DNA of 55,243 nucleotides, the filler included, from Stramenopiles sp. TOSAG23-6 (taxonomy: Eukaryota): assembly GCA_900128565.1 (NCBI GenBank). It is 2 parts of 2 records of this genome, joined end to end, with 100 filler letters (N's around TTAATTAATTAA, not from the genome) between each part and the next. Parts side by side here need not be neighbours in the genome. Positions count along the whole stretch, not along the records: positions 1 to 27,579 come from LT635980.1; positions 27,680 to 55,243 come from LT635981.1. One strand, 5' to 3'. The notes beneath the pieces are model-generated. The model was not told where the DNA came from and made no database searches. It saw only the letters and a list, made by a program, of their open reading frames with translations. The translations under genes and the position numbers were made by a program. Below are positions 21,094 to 32,468 of the stretch, piece by piece (position 1 is the stretch's first letter; each line of letters begins with the position of its first letter).

Positions 21094-24000
21094 ATGGGCG
21101 ATCGTCCGAAATTATCCCAACCAATAAAGGCAAATCACCAGATACAGTTCGGAGCTCTCTCAGACGAAGCTGAGCTTTTCTGTGAATCTACAGGTTATGT
21201 GTCAGGACCTAGTACAGAGCGAAGAAAGTCCCCAAGTTTACGAAAAAGTCCACGGGCTAGTCCTTTGTCAATGAATGGAACCCATACAAGGACACCATCA
21301 CCACATATAGGGAGAAAAAGCCGGACACCCTCCCCAGGAGCTTATGGCTCAAGACGTAAACGTACCGCTCCTATCAGAAGTGCTACCAATTCCACAGGTT
21401 CTGCTTTTGAAAGGAGGCAAAGAACATTAACGAGCCCCTCCCCCCATTCACCTGCTAGATGTGGGACCAATCCTCCTGCATTTGAGAGACGCCAACGAAC
21501 GCTAACAAGTCCATCTTCACATGGAAATTCTCTTGGACAGTGTATGTTGTTCGTATCCCATTGAACCTTTATTTTTTCACATTCTTTTTTTTTTTTTCTC
21601 ACTTTAGATTTTATGAAACATTTTCACTTTATAGCAAGAAAGTCTAGAGCTCGTTCACCTGTCGGACCATTATCACAGTCAAATAGGAGGGACATTCGTG
21701 ATTCAAAATGTCCTCGAGACCCTACATCGTCTACAACTAAAGGAAAGTTGTCATCAAACGGAGCTTCTCATGAGTGGGACAGAAACAATAGCAAATCTTC
21801 GAGGAAAAGAAAGTCATCTTCATCTGACAACAGAAAAGACTTTGCTGCTGCTGTCGCCGCTGCTGCTGATGCTATAGCGCGTCAAGAAGAAGCAGCTCGA
21901 AGAAATTCTAGTTTAACGAAGAAAACGATTCCAGCAATCTCAAATGGAACAAATAAAGTCACAAATATATTGTCTGAAAGTCACACGAGTCCAAATTTAT
22001 CACCCACACCAAAAACTTCAAAAGCATCCTTATCGTGTTCAATCTCTTCTGCGTTTGATAGTTCTGTTCATCAAAATATCAGTGAGGTTGGCGAAGACAC
22101 GAAATCTGATCAAGTTTTGAAGGATAGTGGAAATATTGAATCGGAAGTTTCAAATAGTGGAAATGTAAATAATACTGGAACAAAAAGTAATAAAAATACA
22201 ACAACAACGCAAAGATATGAATCATACGAAGAAAATTATTCAGAACCTGCGACACCTAGAGATTTACAGTTTTTAAATGATAGTTCGTCTCTTTTGGGAA
22301 TGTTTCGCTCCCAAAATCGTAATAGGGTAAATAATCATAATAATACTTCAAGTACATCAGCACCAAATAGATCATTACTTCCATCAAATCTTTCCGAGCA
22401 AAAAAATAATTCAACACAATTGTCTCAAATTTCAATGAAAAGTAAAGCAACACCTCAGGGCTCATCATCTGATGATATAAGTGCAAAATCCTCAAAATCA
22501 TATTTTAAAACATCACCACCTAATTCTTATCTAAAAGCCACAAAATCCTCAAAATTATATTTTAAAACATCATCACCTCCCAATTCTTATCTAAAAGCCA
22601 CAACATCGTCTGGTGTAGTAAGTGTAAACAAAAATGATTCAAAAAATTCAAAAATTCAAAAAGCAATAGTCTCATCAACTGTGAAATGCAGCACCACAAA
22701 TTGCTCTTTAGATGTCTCAATAAATTCAAAATCGGCAAAGCTTCCTAAAGGTTTGAAATCGAACCGTGTTGTTTCTATGGATGGTACGCCCGATATTATC
22801 CAAAATGTCGTCAACAGTAAAATGAATTGTCGGGTAGGACGTCATCTGACACATCATCAAAGCTCTTTGGTAACTTCAAATGGACAGTCGAAAGTTAACC
22901 AAAATACACGTTTATCAGCATCAAGGGGTCGTCCTACATCAGGTGGAGTAGTTCTATCAAAAGTTGTATCAAGAGTTCGTGGTACTGTACCAACAATGAA
23001 AAAGAACTTTGTTAGTGCTATTAGTAGTGCAAGTAGCGCAAGTAGTGCTAGTAGTAGTGCAAGTAGTAGCACAAGCAGTGCAAGTAGTAGCGGCGGGGCT
23101 ACAGTAAATGATAGATCAATTCGCCGGTTCAAAAAACGTTCCTGGGCAGATGTTGCTGCTGGTACCGATAGAACAGACAGAGCTGTTCATACTCTAGTGC
23201 AGAGTACACAAAATTTGTCTATCAATCAATCCAATAATCAAACTGACGCCGCTCCAACTGGTGCGGAAATAAATATTAATAAGCCATGTCGAAACCATGA
23301 AATTGGATCTCGTGGAGGTTTATCTTCAACATTACACAGGAAAGAACCAATGGTTGGTGAAACTGGCGCAACTTCAGAAAATTCTCTCAGTCATGAAAAA
23401 ATTCATACAAAGGATAAATCAACACGAAATCGAAGAAATGGTTCACATACAACATCTCACTCGAACGAATATATCTTGCCACAAGAAGAATTGATAAATA
23501 GAGATGGTCATGTTGAGAAAGAAAATGTTTCGATTGTAACAGAAAAATCGGAATTTCATGCACGTAATAAATCTACACCGCAAAAAAAAAATAATTGTGA
23601 TCAGGAACATGAAATAAAGCCGTGGATAACTTCTAATGGGTCAAATCAATGTCTAAGTAGTGTTTCGAAAATAAAGCAAGGCGAGCTTCGAGATGGTGCA
23701 GTNCCCCCCCCNCCACCTGAAGTCGATACAGCTGCAGGTACAGGTAGTAGCATTAGTAACACGTGCCACAATATGAAGTGTAAGATTCATCATGATAGCA
23801 GTTACACTAAAGATGGTTTAACAAAGTCAAATGAGGTAATTAGTATTGATATGATAGGTAATATTATTTCCCGAGATTCAGAAATGAGTTTTGAAGATAT
23901 TCGTAAATTAGAAAAGATTTTAATGATGAAAAAATCTGAACTTTTAAAAACTACAAAATTAGGTACAAAGTGTGGAAGTGCAACTGATACTTCGGTTGAA

Positions 24001-25536
24001 AACTCTCAGGAGAACGGCTTAATGGTACTCGAAAGTCTAGTTGAACGTCAGCAACAGACTCTTGTTGACCTTGGTTATATAGCTGCCGCACCAGGAGGTC
24101 AATCAAATGGACGTACACACAAAGCTGCTATTCATGGGTACCGTGGTGACGACGATGAAATTGAAAGAATCAACACAGAAAAGCGTATTCATACAAATAA
24201 ATATAAATGGCGTCATGATGTAAATTCCAGTTCCTCATCTGAGGATGAAGATAAGGATGCATTTGATGATGCAACTTTTCACTTTGCGACAAAAAAAACA
24301 CAGCAACAATCTCAGTATTCAAATTATGGTGGAAAGCGATCATCAAGTGAGTGGGGCAGTAGTTGTAGTAGAAGCTCTTGTAGTAGTTCTAGTATTAGTA
24401 GTGCTAGTAGCATGAATGGATCTCTTATTTGCTCCAATAAGCAAAATATGAAAAGTAAATCTGTTCTTTCAAGAGATGATAAAAATACTACATTAAATTT
24501 AAAGAATGGAAATATTAGATTTTCGGATAATATCAAAGAAAAATCATCCAATATAGATGTAGATGCACGAAATGATAAAAATAAGAATCATAATGTGACT
24601 AGTGATGAACATTCAAAATCTAATTGCGCCACTGAAGCCGAACAAGGAATTCATTCACGAAGTAATCACCATAATACAAAGTCCTCAAAGAAATGCACAG
24701 AATCAGATATTTCTTGTGACATTACTAAGGCTTCACAGAGAGAAGTTATAGATCTTAACAGTAAAAAGGAAAAGATTGATGATAATAGCCGTCGAAGAAT
24801 CTCTTCTAGTAATAACAACCAACATAGAAATGGAAATACGAAAATGTTTGATTATCCTATTTCAAATAATCAAAATGTAATGGAAGAATCGAATTCGAAA
24901 CAATCTAGGCAACATCGCCGCGACTTTGGAAAAAGTCCTGGGGGTATAATGTTTCGTCAATCTCCTCATCCTTTAGTTCCACCATTGAATCTAGTCGCCC
25001 TCACTCGCAAAAACATTACTCCAGGAGTACCAGCATATCGTGTAGTTGGTAGTACGAGCAGCAAGAAGGGCACACATTCGCATGGTAATCATCTTAAACA
25101 ACCACCCTTAAGTAGAAGTAGTAGGAAAAATAATGGACATCGTTCGAAGTCTCATCATCATCATCATCATCAGAGTAGCTCAATATTCCGTCAAGGTCCT
25201 CGACAAATTACAAGGGAAATTACAGCAAATAGACATAAATTAGGTCTATATTCACCAAGGGCACAGGTTGCATATTCCCCGAGAGACATGGCATACTCCG
25301 CATCACGACATCGGAAATTGAGTAAATCTCCAGCATTATCGAAATGTGTCGAAACTATTTTAAGTCCAAGATCAGCATTTTCAAAAGCGTCTTCCATATC
25401 TTCAGGAACCAGTAGCGCTTTCAGTACTCCAAGTTCTTCACCATTTCCAACACCGCGCAGCGCTCGTACACCTAAAGGCTCATATCTTTCCTACCGGTCT
25501 CCACGTACTCCAAGGACACCTCGATCATATTATTGA
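21094..25536 (+). CDS. Large Ser/Asn/Lys-rich, probably disordered protein with many SP/TPR motifs (exons 21094-21541 and 21635-25536)
   Basis: ORFs 20938-21564 and 21613-25536 join in frame through a phase-1 GT-AG intron. Contains poly-Ser tracts, His6, and duplicated AFERRQRTLTSPS and KSSKxYFKTSPPNSYLKAT. Confidence 0.75.
21542..21634 (+). other. Canonical GT-AG intron (93 nt)
   Basis: CAG T|gtatgt...polypyrimidine...tttatag|CA AGA; phases match. Confidence 0.8.
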
Positions 25537-25878
25537 ACTTTTAAACATTTATATGAACATTTATATGAATGAATTAAAGCGGTTTTTTCATTTTTTTTAA
25601 AAAATAAAATAATAGTTTTTTGTTGTTGAAAATCCGACCAAATCGAAGTGATTCTAGATTTCTTGTTATTTATAATTTCAATTTTATTACATTATAAAAA
25701 AAATAACGATGAATAATTCTATTTCTACCAAGCATTTATTACATGTTATTACATAAACAAAATATAACAAAAAAAGATCAATTGTTGAACTTTGTAATTT
25801 TCCTTCTGCAAAACCGTACAAAATATTGTAAGCACAAATTCTAGATACATGTATGAATTCTTTTGACTTGACTATCAC

Positions 25879-26670
25879 TTAATCAGCCTTCAGATCAAAG
25901 ACTATTTTTTCGACGCCCTTGCTGGTAATAACGAAAATCTCAACTTTGTCACCGGTGAAAATGTCGCGTTCACCAGCAGTAATAAAAACATCTTTTACTA
26001 ATTCCACCGCTTGTTCTTTTGTGTATTCACAGGGAGCGTCTGCCCGATTTTTATTACCAACAACATTATCAAGTATTGGAATAATAAGCTTTTGACCAGC
26101 ACCTTGTGATGCATACTTGACTCGTTCAAAAGAACCAATAGCGTCGTATGTGTAGACTGCACCCTTACCATCACTGTCGATGCCTCCGACAACGTTAAAC
26201 GCATAGTAAGGAAAGAAACGCCTTCCATACAAGTTTGTAGAAAGAAGCTGAGCAATTGAAGGCGTGCTCATTTCTCTACCGTGATTATCTATGTATTGTC
26301 TTAAGCGGATATCAAGTAATTTTTGAAGAGAGACCACGTCTGTGCGACAACCTCCGGACGCCATGACGCATTTGCTCGTAAGCTGATGTGCTACAGAACC
26401 ATTTCGGGTGATGATATTATAACCAGAGCTCAATCGAGTATCTGCACCAACAACACAGAAATCTGCACCAGCAATCGCAAGGCACGTACCACCATTGAAA
26501 TCATACGGAGACGCACGGCACTCAATTGGCACTTCACTAGAACAACCACTAATGGCTCGTTCAACACCTCCATCATACCTTTCACCACGGCGCAATTCAT
26601 CGTCACCTCCTACATGCATTGCATCCAAATTAACTGTTCCGGCAGTAGTCCACATTCCAACAGAAGCCAT
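25879..26670 (-). CDS. PSMB1: 20S proteasome subunit beta type-1 (beta6)
   Basis: SPYDFNGGTCLAIAGADF, LYGRRFFPYY and AGERDIFTGD. Confidence 0.95.
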   Translation of the reverse strand: MASVGMWTTAGTVNLDAMHVGGDDELRRGERYDGGVERAISGCSSEVPIECRASPYDFNGGTCLAIAGADFCVVGADTRLSSGYNIITRNGSVAHQLTSKCVMASGGCRTDVVSLQKLLDIRLRQYIDNHGREMSTPSIAQLLSTNLYGRRFFPYYAFNVVGGIDSDGKGAVYTYDAIGSFERVKYASQGAGQKLIIPILDNVVGNKNRADAPCEYTKEQAVELVKDVFITAGERDIFTGDKVEIFVITSKGVEKIVFDLKAD

Positions 26671-27170
26671 TTTAAAGTTTACCCTATAAAATGAATAAAC
26701 GTTGTAGAAGTTAGAACCTTTCGACAGAGAGAAAACAAGGTTCGTTGCGGTTTGCGGCTTCGAGAGTCTTCGACTGCTTTTTTCGCGATGGATGATGTTT
26801 TGCTTTTGAAGGAATTATTTTTCGACAAACCTGTTTTTAGGCAGCTAGATTGAGTAACACGAAATCTGGACTTATGAACGAATGTTCGTGATGATTGATC
26901 GGCCGGTCATATTAAATGAATGGCAGATTGTTCACTCTCTTCGATACCGTTTGTGGTTATATAGTTAAGATAAGAGTAATAAGGTTATAAGTGTTTGGTT
27001 GTTGGCTTAGGGGTATTTAGAATATAATTCTAAATACATTATACAATCAAATAAAGTAGAATAGTTAATTGGTAAACTGTTTGATTCAGGGTTAAAGTTA
27101 TATTGATCAAATAGTTATATTACAAACATATCGTTGTGCACGAAATCCGTCACTGCAAATCAAGCTGGTT

Positions 27171-27579
27171 ATGAGCCCATACGGCGAAGGTAATTCGACG
27201 TATAACAATATGGATGTAAATAAAATGGTAAATGCTAAAGACGTGGATGCTTCGTATGCATTCGTGGCTTTGCAACTGCAAGCGAAGGCGGCTGACAAGT
27301 CGTCGAAAAAGAAATCGATTGCGGAAGAGAAAAAGACAGAAGCTGCGATGGCTGACGAGAAATGTGAAGTAACCCAATTCAAAGGCAACTCACTAGAGAC
27401 CGTGAAGAGGGAAATGAAGAGGTCGTACAAGAAGATTTATCTATCTCAGGTAAACAAAGAGCTAAGGAAAAACACACCTCAGTTACCTACAGCGGATGAA
27501 GTAATAGCGTGGGTTACAGAATCGGCTCCTTACGTAAGGCAAGGAAAAGTAGGTGTTCCAAAGGTAAATGTAGATAAGG
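27171..27579 (+). CDS. Hypothetical protein, truncated by contig end
   Basis: Open frame with protein-like composition running into the N spacer. No family recognised and the start is uncertain. Confidence 0.45.
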
Positions 27580-27679
27580 NNNNNNNNNNNNNNNNNNNNN
27601 NNNNNNNNNNNNNNNNNNNNNNNTTAATTAATTAANNNNNNNNNNNNNNNNNNNNNNNNNNNNNNNNNNNNNNNNNNNN
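27580..27679. other. Artificial contig-joining spacer
   Basis: 44 N + TTAATTAATTAA (stops in all six frames) + 44 N = exactly 100 nt. Confidence 0.97.
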
Positions 27680-28444
27680 ACTTTTCTCAGTTGCTGGTTT
27701 ACTATCAAATGGACTACTACCAAAAGCACTTTTCTCAGTCACTGCGCCAAATGAGGATGTAGTACTACTATTTGCAAAACTACCAAATCCACTGACGGCA
27801 GCAGGTTTAGAGGCTATTGTTGCCTTACTACTTACAGCATTTGCGACATCTTCTAGAGCCTTTGAAGCTTCAGTATTGTCTTTATATTTCTTCTGTAACC
27901 TCGCCACAAGTCCAGCTTCTTGACCTTTGTATTTGACTAAAATGCCAGGCACTTTAGCTACTTTATCAGGAGCTGTTATACGATAAAAAGCTTCTAAAGC
28001 AGATTGAACGGAATTAGCGTTACTATCTGTAGCATTGGATGTCTTTGGGGCAGATGAACTTGAAAATGCGGATGTTCCAAAGGCTGAAGCAGCACCACCT
28101 GCTTTTACACCAAATGCACTCGTATTAGCTCCAGTACTGCCAAATGCAGAAGAACTACCCCCAAATGCTGAAGAACTACCCCCAAATGCTGAAGCAGCAC
28201 CACTTGATTTAACTCCAAATGCACCAGAACTCGTTCCGGAACCACCAAATACATTACCACTGCCAAATGTCGAAGCACCACCTTGTTTTACTCCAAAGGC
28301 ACTAGAACTAGCTCCAGTACTACCAAATGGGCTACTTCCAAATCCACTTTTCCCAGGAGTAGTCACTGCATCAAATGGAGAAGCAGTACTGCTGCTTGCA
28401 AAACTACCAAACCCACTAATAACTGGCTTGTTAGGGTCACTCAT
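27680..28444 (-). CDS. FG-repeat nucleoporin-like protein, N-terminal part (truncated by contig end)
   Basis: Dense SAFG/SPFG/SGFG repeats with an embedded helical module LEAFYRITAPDKVAKVPGILVKYKGQEAGLVARLQKKY. Confidence 0.75.
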
Positions 28445-28583
28445 CTTTATACGCACACGTGAACCCTCACTCCACCCTAATTATCCTCGAAAAATAATTG
28501 AATGCACGAGGTGGTAGTTTACAGTTCTTTAGGCTACACGCGTGTGACATCAATCTCAATGACTCAATCGCGCTCGATTTTTC

Positions 28584-28598
28584 AAACCCTAACCCTAA
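28584..28598 (+). repeat. Interstitial telomere-like / telo-box motif AAACCCTAACCCTAA
   Basis: Upstream of the FG-repeat gene. The same motif occurs at 35788-35802 and, inverted, at ~42980-42994. Confidence 0.6.
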
Positions 28599-28953
28599 CA
28601 CATTCGCATGCCGAGTTTCATCAGACGAGTTTCCGGGTACCTGCGATTACATTGCATTGTGTGCATTCAAGGGAATATTTTAGTCTATCAAATTTTAAAA
28701 TTAAATTAATAAACTCAATAAAATCATAATTGAAAATATAAGAAATAAACGACTTCCCATATATCGTAGATACACTTAATCAAAATTTGCATAATCAGGT
28801 AATGCATTCCAGATCTCATTTTTTTTTTAATTTTTTTATTTTATTATAATACACAGTTTATCGTATATATATAATTTTAATTTTTAAACCCAACCATTCC
28901 ACTCAACCATTCCTACAGGTTATACACAAATATATATATAATATATATATTTG

Positions 28954-29011
28954 TACTATTCCTGTTTGTGTTTTTATATAAATACTATTCCTGTTTGTGT
29001 TTTTATATAAA
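28954..29011. repeat. 29-bp perfect tandem duplication
   Basis: tactattcctgtttgtgtttttatataaa x2. Confidence 0.9.
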
Positions 29012-29021
29012 CACTTGTAAC

Positions 29022-29048
29022 TGGTGTGTTACTTAGTGTAACACACCA
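29022..29048 (-). terminator. Perfect 11-bp stem / 5-nt loop hairpin 8 nt past the stop of the Skp1-LRR gene (putative 3'-end signal)
   Basis: tggtgtgttac-ttagt-gtaacacacca. The hairpin is seen directly; the function is inferred. Confidence 0.4.
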
Positions 29049-29056
29049 TCAGCATT

Positions 29057-31282
29057 TTATGCTTGAAGAGCTTTTCGACCTTGCATTTCTCGAAAAATTC
29101 TTTGAAACGTTACAGCAGCACAACGTCTGTTGATTTCCTCAATTTTTCTTCGAACTGTTTTTCGAAAATTCGCATTTCCCAAATCTGTTTCCAATCTCCA
29201 AAGGTTATGTAAACCTTGCAAGCTCACTTTTTGAAGTTGATTATGATTAAGCCACAAATATTCAACTTTAGGTAAATCTTGCAAGGTCACTTTTTGAAGT
29301 TGATTATTTCTAAGATTCAAAACTTGAAGTTTAGGTAAATGTTCCAAGGTCACTTTTTGAAGTTGATTATCACTAAGCCACAATCTTTCAAGTTTAGGTA
29401 AATCTTGCAAGGTCACTTTTTGAAGTTGATTATTTCGAAGAGTCAAAACTTGAAGTTTAGGTAAATGTTCCAAGGTCACTTCTTGAAGTTGATTAGATTG
29501 AAGATATAAATTCTGAAGGTTAGGTAAATCTTGCAAGGTCACTTTTTGAAGTTTACTACGACCAAGCTGCAAATTCCAAAGTTTAGGTAAATTATGCAAG
29601 GTCACTTTTTGAAGATAATTATCTTCAAGATGCAAATCCGTAAGTCGTTCGAGGGTATCTTCTGGAATATACCTAATTGTTTGCAAATTGCAATTTTTCA
29701 ACGATAGCTGTGTTACGTTCGGCAATCTCTCAAGATATCCTAACATCTCTGCTCTCTTCCCACTTAAATCATTCCCAGAGAGATCTAGTTTGTTGCACTT
29801 AAAGCGCCACCTGTTCTTGTTTTTTTCTTCACATTTACGTATTCTTCGAAAGGTTGCGTCATCTTCATACTTTACAGCGATATATGCTAAGTGCAATATG
29901 CTGCCAGGAATATAATCGAAACCGCTGGTAATTCTTATGATTTCTTGAGAACTCTTGTCTTGCAAGAAATTCAGGAGTTGCTCTTCCAAAAGATTCGCAA
30001 GCTCACGGTGACCCATCAAATCTGCAGCCTGATGGAGTTGTTGAATATCCGAATCATCATTCAATCGCGAAATCGTTTGACTCCAGTTACCAGATTGTTC
30101 TTTTTCTTGTACCGCATTAAAGAAATTTTGAATTTGTTCACTTGATAAAAAGTTGAGCACCAATGGTACATACATCCTTACCTTACCTATGAAATCTGCT
30201 AGGGAGGCATTTAGTGGTTGAGATGGGTCCCCAAGTTCAGGTTCAGGACTAGCTTGGTGGTAAAGACCATCCCTACCTCTTAAAACCGAACCGAGTTCAG
30301 AACTGGCACCAATGACTTGTGAAATTCTAAAATCATCGTTGAGTCTGCGAACTACAAGTCGAATGGTATCTGCAGATTTCGCATTTCCCTTATCTGTCGT
30401 CAATATTTGAAGTTTAGGTAAATATCGCAAGGTCACTTTTTGAAGTTGATTATTTCGAAGATCCAAAGTTATAAGTTCAGGCAAATGTTGCAAGCTCATG
30501 TTTTGAAGTTGATTATCATTAAGCCGCAAAAATTGAAGTTTAGGTAAACCTTCCAAGGTCACATCTTGTTGAAGTCGATTATTCTGAAGATTCAAAACTT
30601 CAAGTTGTTTCAGAGTATCATCTGGAATATTCTCAATTGTTTCCAAGTTGCAATTCTTCAATGTTAGGTATGTAACGTTTGGCATAAATTCAAGGAATTG
30701 TAACATCTTTGCTTTTTCCCCACTTAAATCATGTCCTTCAAGATCTAGTGTGACACAACTTGCGTCGTTTTTACATCGATGCATTTTTTGGAAGGTGTCA
30801 CTCGTCTCTCCAGTTCCGTAATCCATTGGAAACGTGAATCTACCGACTCTAACAGGTTCGAAATCGTTGATGAGCTTTAATATGTCTTTAGAACTTTTAC
30901 CAGCCAGGATTTTCTCTTCCAAAAGCTGCGTAAGATCAGGGACCCCCATATAATTTGCAGCTTCATGGAGAACAAAAAGTTCACCAATATCTTCCGAAAA
31001 ATCATGCTTGTAACCACCATTTTTTGCGCGGTTTTCTAGAATGTCAATCATATTTTTAAGTTCTTCACCCGATAAATTGGGGAATGGAATTGGATATTCT
31101 ATCGGATCATCCATATCTGCAGCCATTCCTTTTACCGTGTAAGAAAGATTCGCAGCGTCGGCACTTATTCGAAACTTAGCTTCATCGTTACTTTCTAGGA
31201 TCAAAGAATCGGCAATTTGATCCATACCAAGATTTTTTTGCACGGATACAGCTGCAATAACGATACGACAAATATTCTTCAT
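29057..31282 (-). CDS. Tandemly duplicated [Skp1/BTB-POZ-like + LRR] protein
   Basis: Skp1-like LILESNDEAKFRIS...IPFPNLSGEEL...LHEAANYMGVPDL...GKSSKDI, with a second copy LHQAADLMGHREL...DKSSQEII. Each is followed by 21-aa LRRs (LPKLQVLNLRNNQLQKVTLQD). Confidence 0.85.
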   Translation of the reverse strand: MKNICRIVIAAVSVQKNLGMDQIADSLILESNDEAKFRISADAANLSYTVKGMAADMDDPIEYPIPFPNLSGEELKNMIDILENRAKNGGYKHDFSEDIGELFVLHEAANYMGVPDLTQLLEEKILAGKSSKDILKLINDFEPVRVGRFTFPMDYGTGETSDTFQKMHRCKNDASCVTLDLEGHDLSGEKAKMLQFLEFMPNVTYLTLKNCNLETIENIPDDTLKQLEVLNLQNNRLQQDVTLEGLPKLQFLRLNDNQLQNMSLQHLPELITLDLRNNQLQKVTLRYLPKLQILTTDKGNAKSADTIRLVVRRLNDDFRISQVIGASSELGSVLRGRDGLYHQASPEPELGDPSQPLNASLADFIGKVRMYVPLVLNFLSSEQIQNFFNAVQEKEQSGNWSQTISRLNDDSDIQQLHQAADLMGHRELANLLEEQLLNFLQDKSSQEIIRITSGFDYIPGSILHLAYIAVKYEDDATFRRIRKCEEKNKNRWRFKCNKLDLSGNDLSGKRAEMLGYLERLPNVTQLSLKNCNLQTIRYIPEDTLERLTDLHLEDNYLQKVTLHNLPKLWNLQLGRSKLQKVTLQDLPNLQNLYLQSNQLQEVTLEHLPKLQVLTLRNNQLQKVTLQDLPKLERLWLSDNQLQKVTLEHLPKLQVLNLRNNQLQKVTLQDLPKVEYLWLNHNQLQKVSLQGLHNLWRLETDLGNANFRKTVRRKIEEINRRCAAVTFQRIFREMQGRKALQA
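29217..29620 (-). repeat. 63-bp LRR-coding tandem repeats (second block at ~30408-30605)
   Basis: Recurring caaggtcactttttgaagttgattat...aagtttaggtaaat with 63-nt period. Confidence 0.9.
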
Positions 31283-31450
31283 TATTTTAGCACTTTTATA
31301 AGTTTTGAAAAGAATAGTTATTATTTGGATACGTTCTTTTTAGTTTTTCAAGGGAATATTTTAATTTTAGTTTATCTATCTTATACTTATTTTTGTCTCG
31401 ATTTTTTTGTCGTCTGACTCTCACCCCCACCCAACAGCAGGTCTGTTTTG

Positions 31451-32375
31451 ATGTCGGGTGGGTGGGATAGAAAGGGGATATAGATATTGTGTTTTCACGC
31501 AATCTAATTCCCTTTGTTGCCATAAAATAGTAGTTTCTAGTTCAAGGGTTCTGGCCGACACAACGAGACCGTTAGTCGATCTTTAAAAAATTGACCCGTG
31601 TCTGTGTCATCTGGAGGAAAAGGATTTCGTGCAAAATCATTCGCGAGTTCAGAGAGATTTGAGCAAACATCGCATTTCGCATAATAATTCTCTAAATCTA
31701 CTAAACTAAGTGTTTAGTGAAGTGAATATTGCAGACACACATCGTCGCAGGCGAAGCCGTAGTAGAAGTTTCGAGCGTCGTAATAGCCGTCGTGGTCGGA
31801 GTCGCAGCAGAAGTCGTGATCGAAACCGTCGTCGTGATCATGAAGGCTCGTCTAAAAAGTCGCGTGAAGATGCTTGGGCAAGAGCCCGTGGCGAAACCGT
31901 ATACAAAGAGGGCCAGTTTCGCCGCGATACATTTAAAGATGATGTTCATGCTGGGAAGTCAAAAGATGCGGGTATCACTCGTACTTCTTATGATAATTCT
32001 GCGACAGTGTATGTAACTGGTTTACCGAAGAACGTCACGGTTGAAAAACTTGAAGCAACTTTCGGTATGATAGGCACAATTGCAAGGAAGAAAGGTAAAG
32101 GTAAAAAACGCTTCGAAACGACACCAAAAATTGTAATCTATAAGAACCCTGACGGAAGTATTAGAGGCGATGCTGCTATCGGCTATGAAGATCCAAATGC
32201 TGCTCTACATGCTCCCGAGTTCTTTAATGGACACGACTGGGAAGGTACTGGAACAAAATTAACATGTGAAATTGGAAAAAAGAAGGTATATACTGATAAT
32301 AATAATAACAATAATCGTGGTAATAGTTACAATAATCGTGGTAATAGTAGCTCGGGTTACCGAGGTAATAGATGA
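31451..32375 (+). CDS. RS-rich RRM protein, FET (TAF15/FUS/EWS)-like RRM; proposed exons 31451-31457 and 31735-32375
   Basis: TVYVTGLP...FGMIGTI...IVIYK...RGDAAIGYEDPNAA...FFNG. There is no in-frame ATG in the main exon; ATG TCG G|gtgggt...ctaaactaag...attgcag|AC gives MSDTHRRR. The first exon is tentative. Confidence 0.8.
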
Positions 32376-32468
32376 TCGAGGAAGACGTTAAATTTCAAAT
32401 TCATATTATTCATATACAGTACTATTATAAATATTTGAGTTTATTACAAAACTTCACGATAAAGTTAG

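Noticed and set aside
27580-27679. TTAATTAATTAA palindrome inside an N run, and ORFs crossing it
   Set aside because: Artificial six-frame-stop spacer. Gene adjacency across it has no biological meaning.
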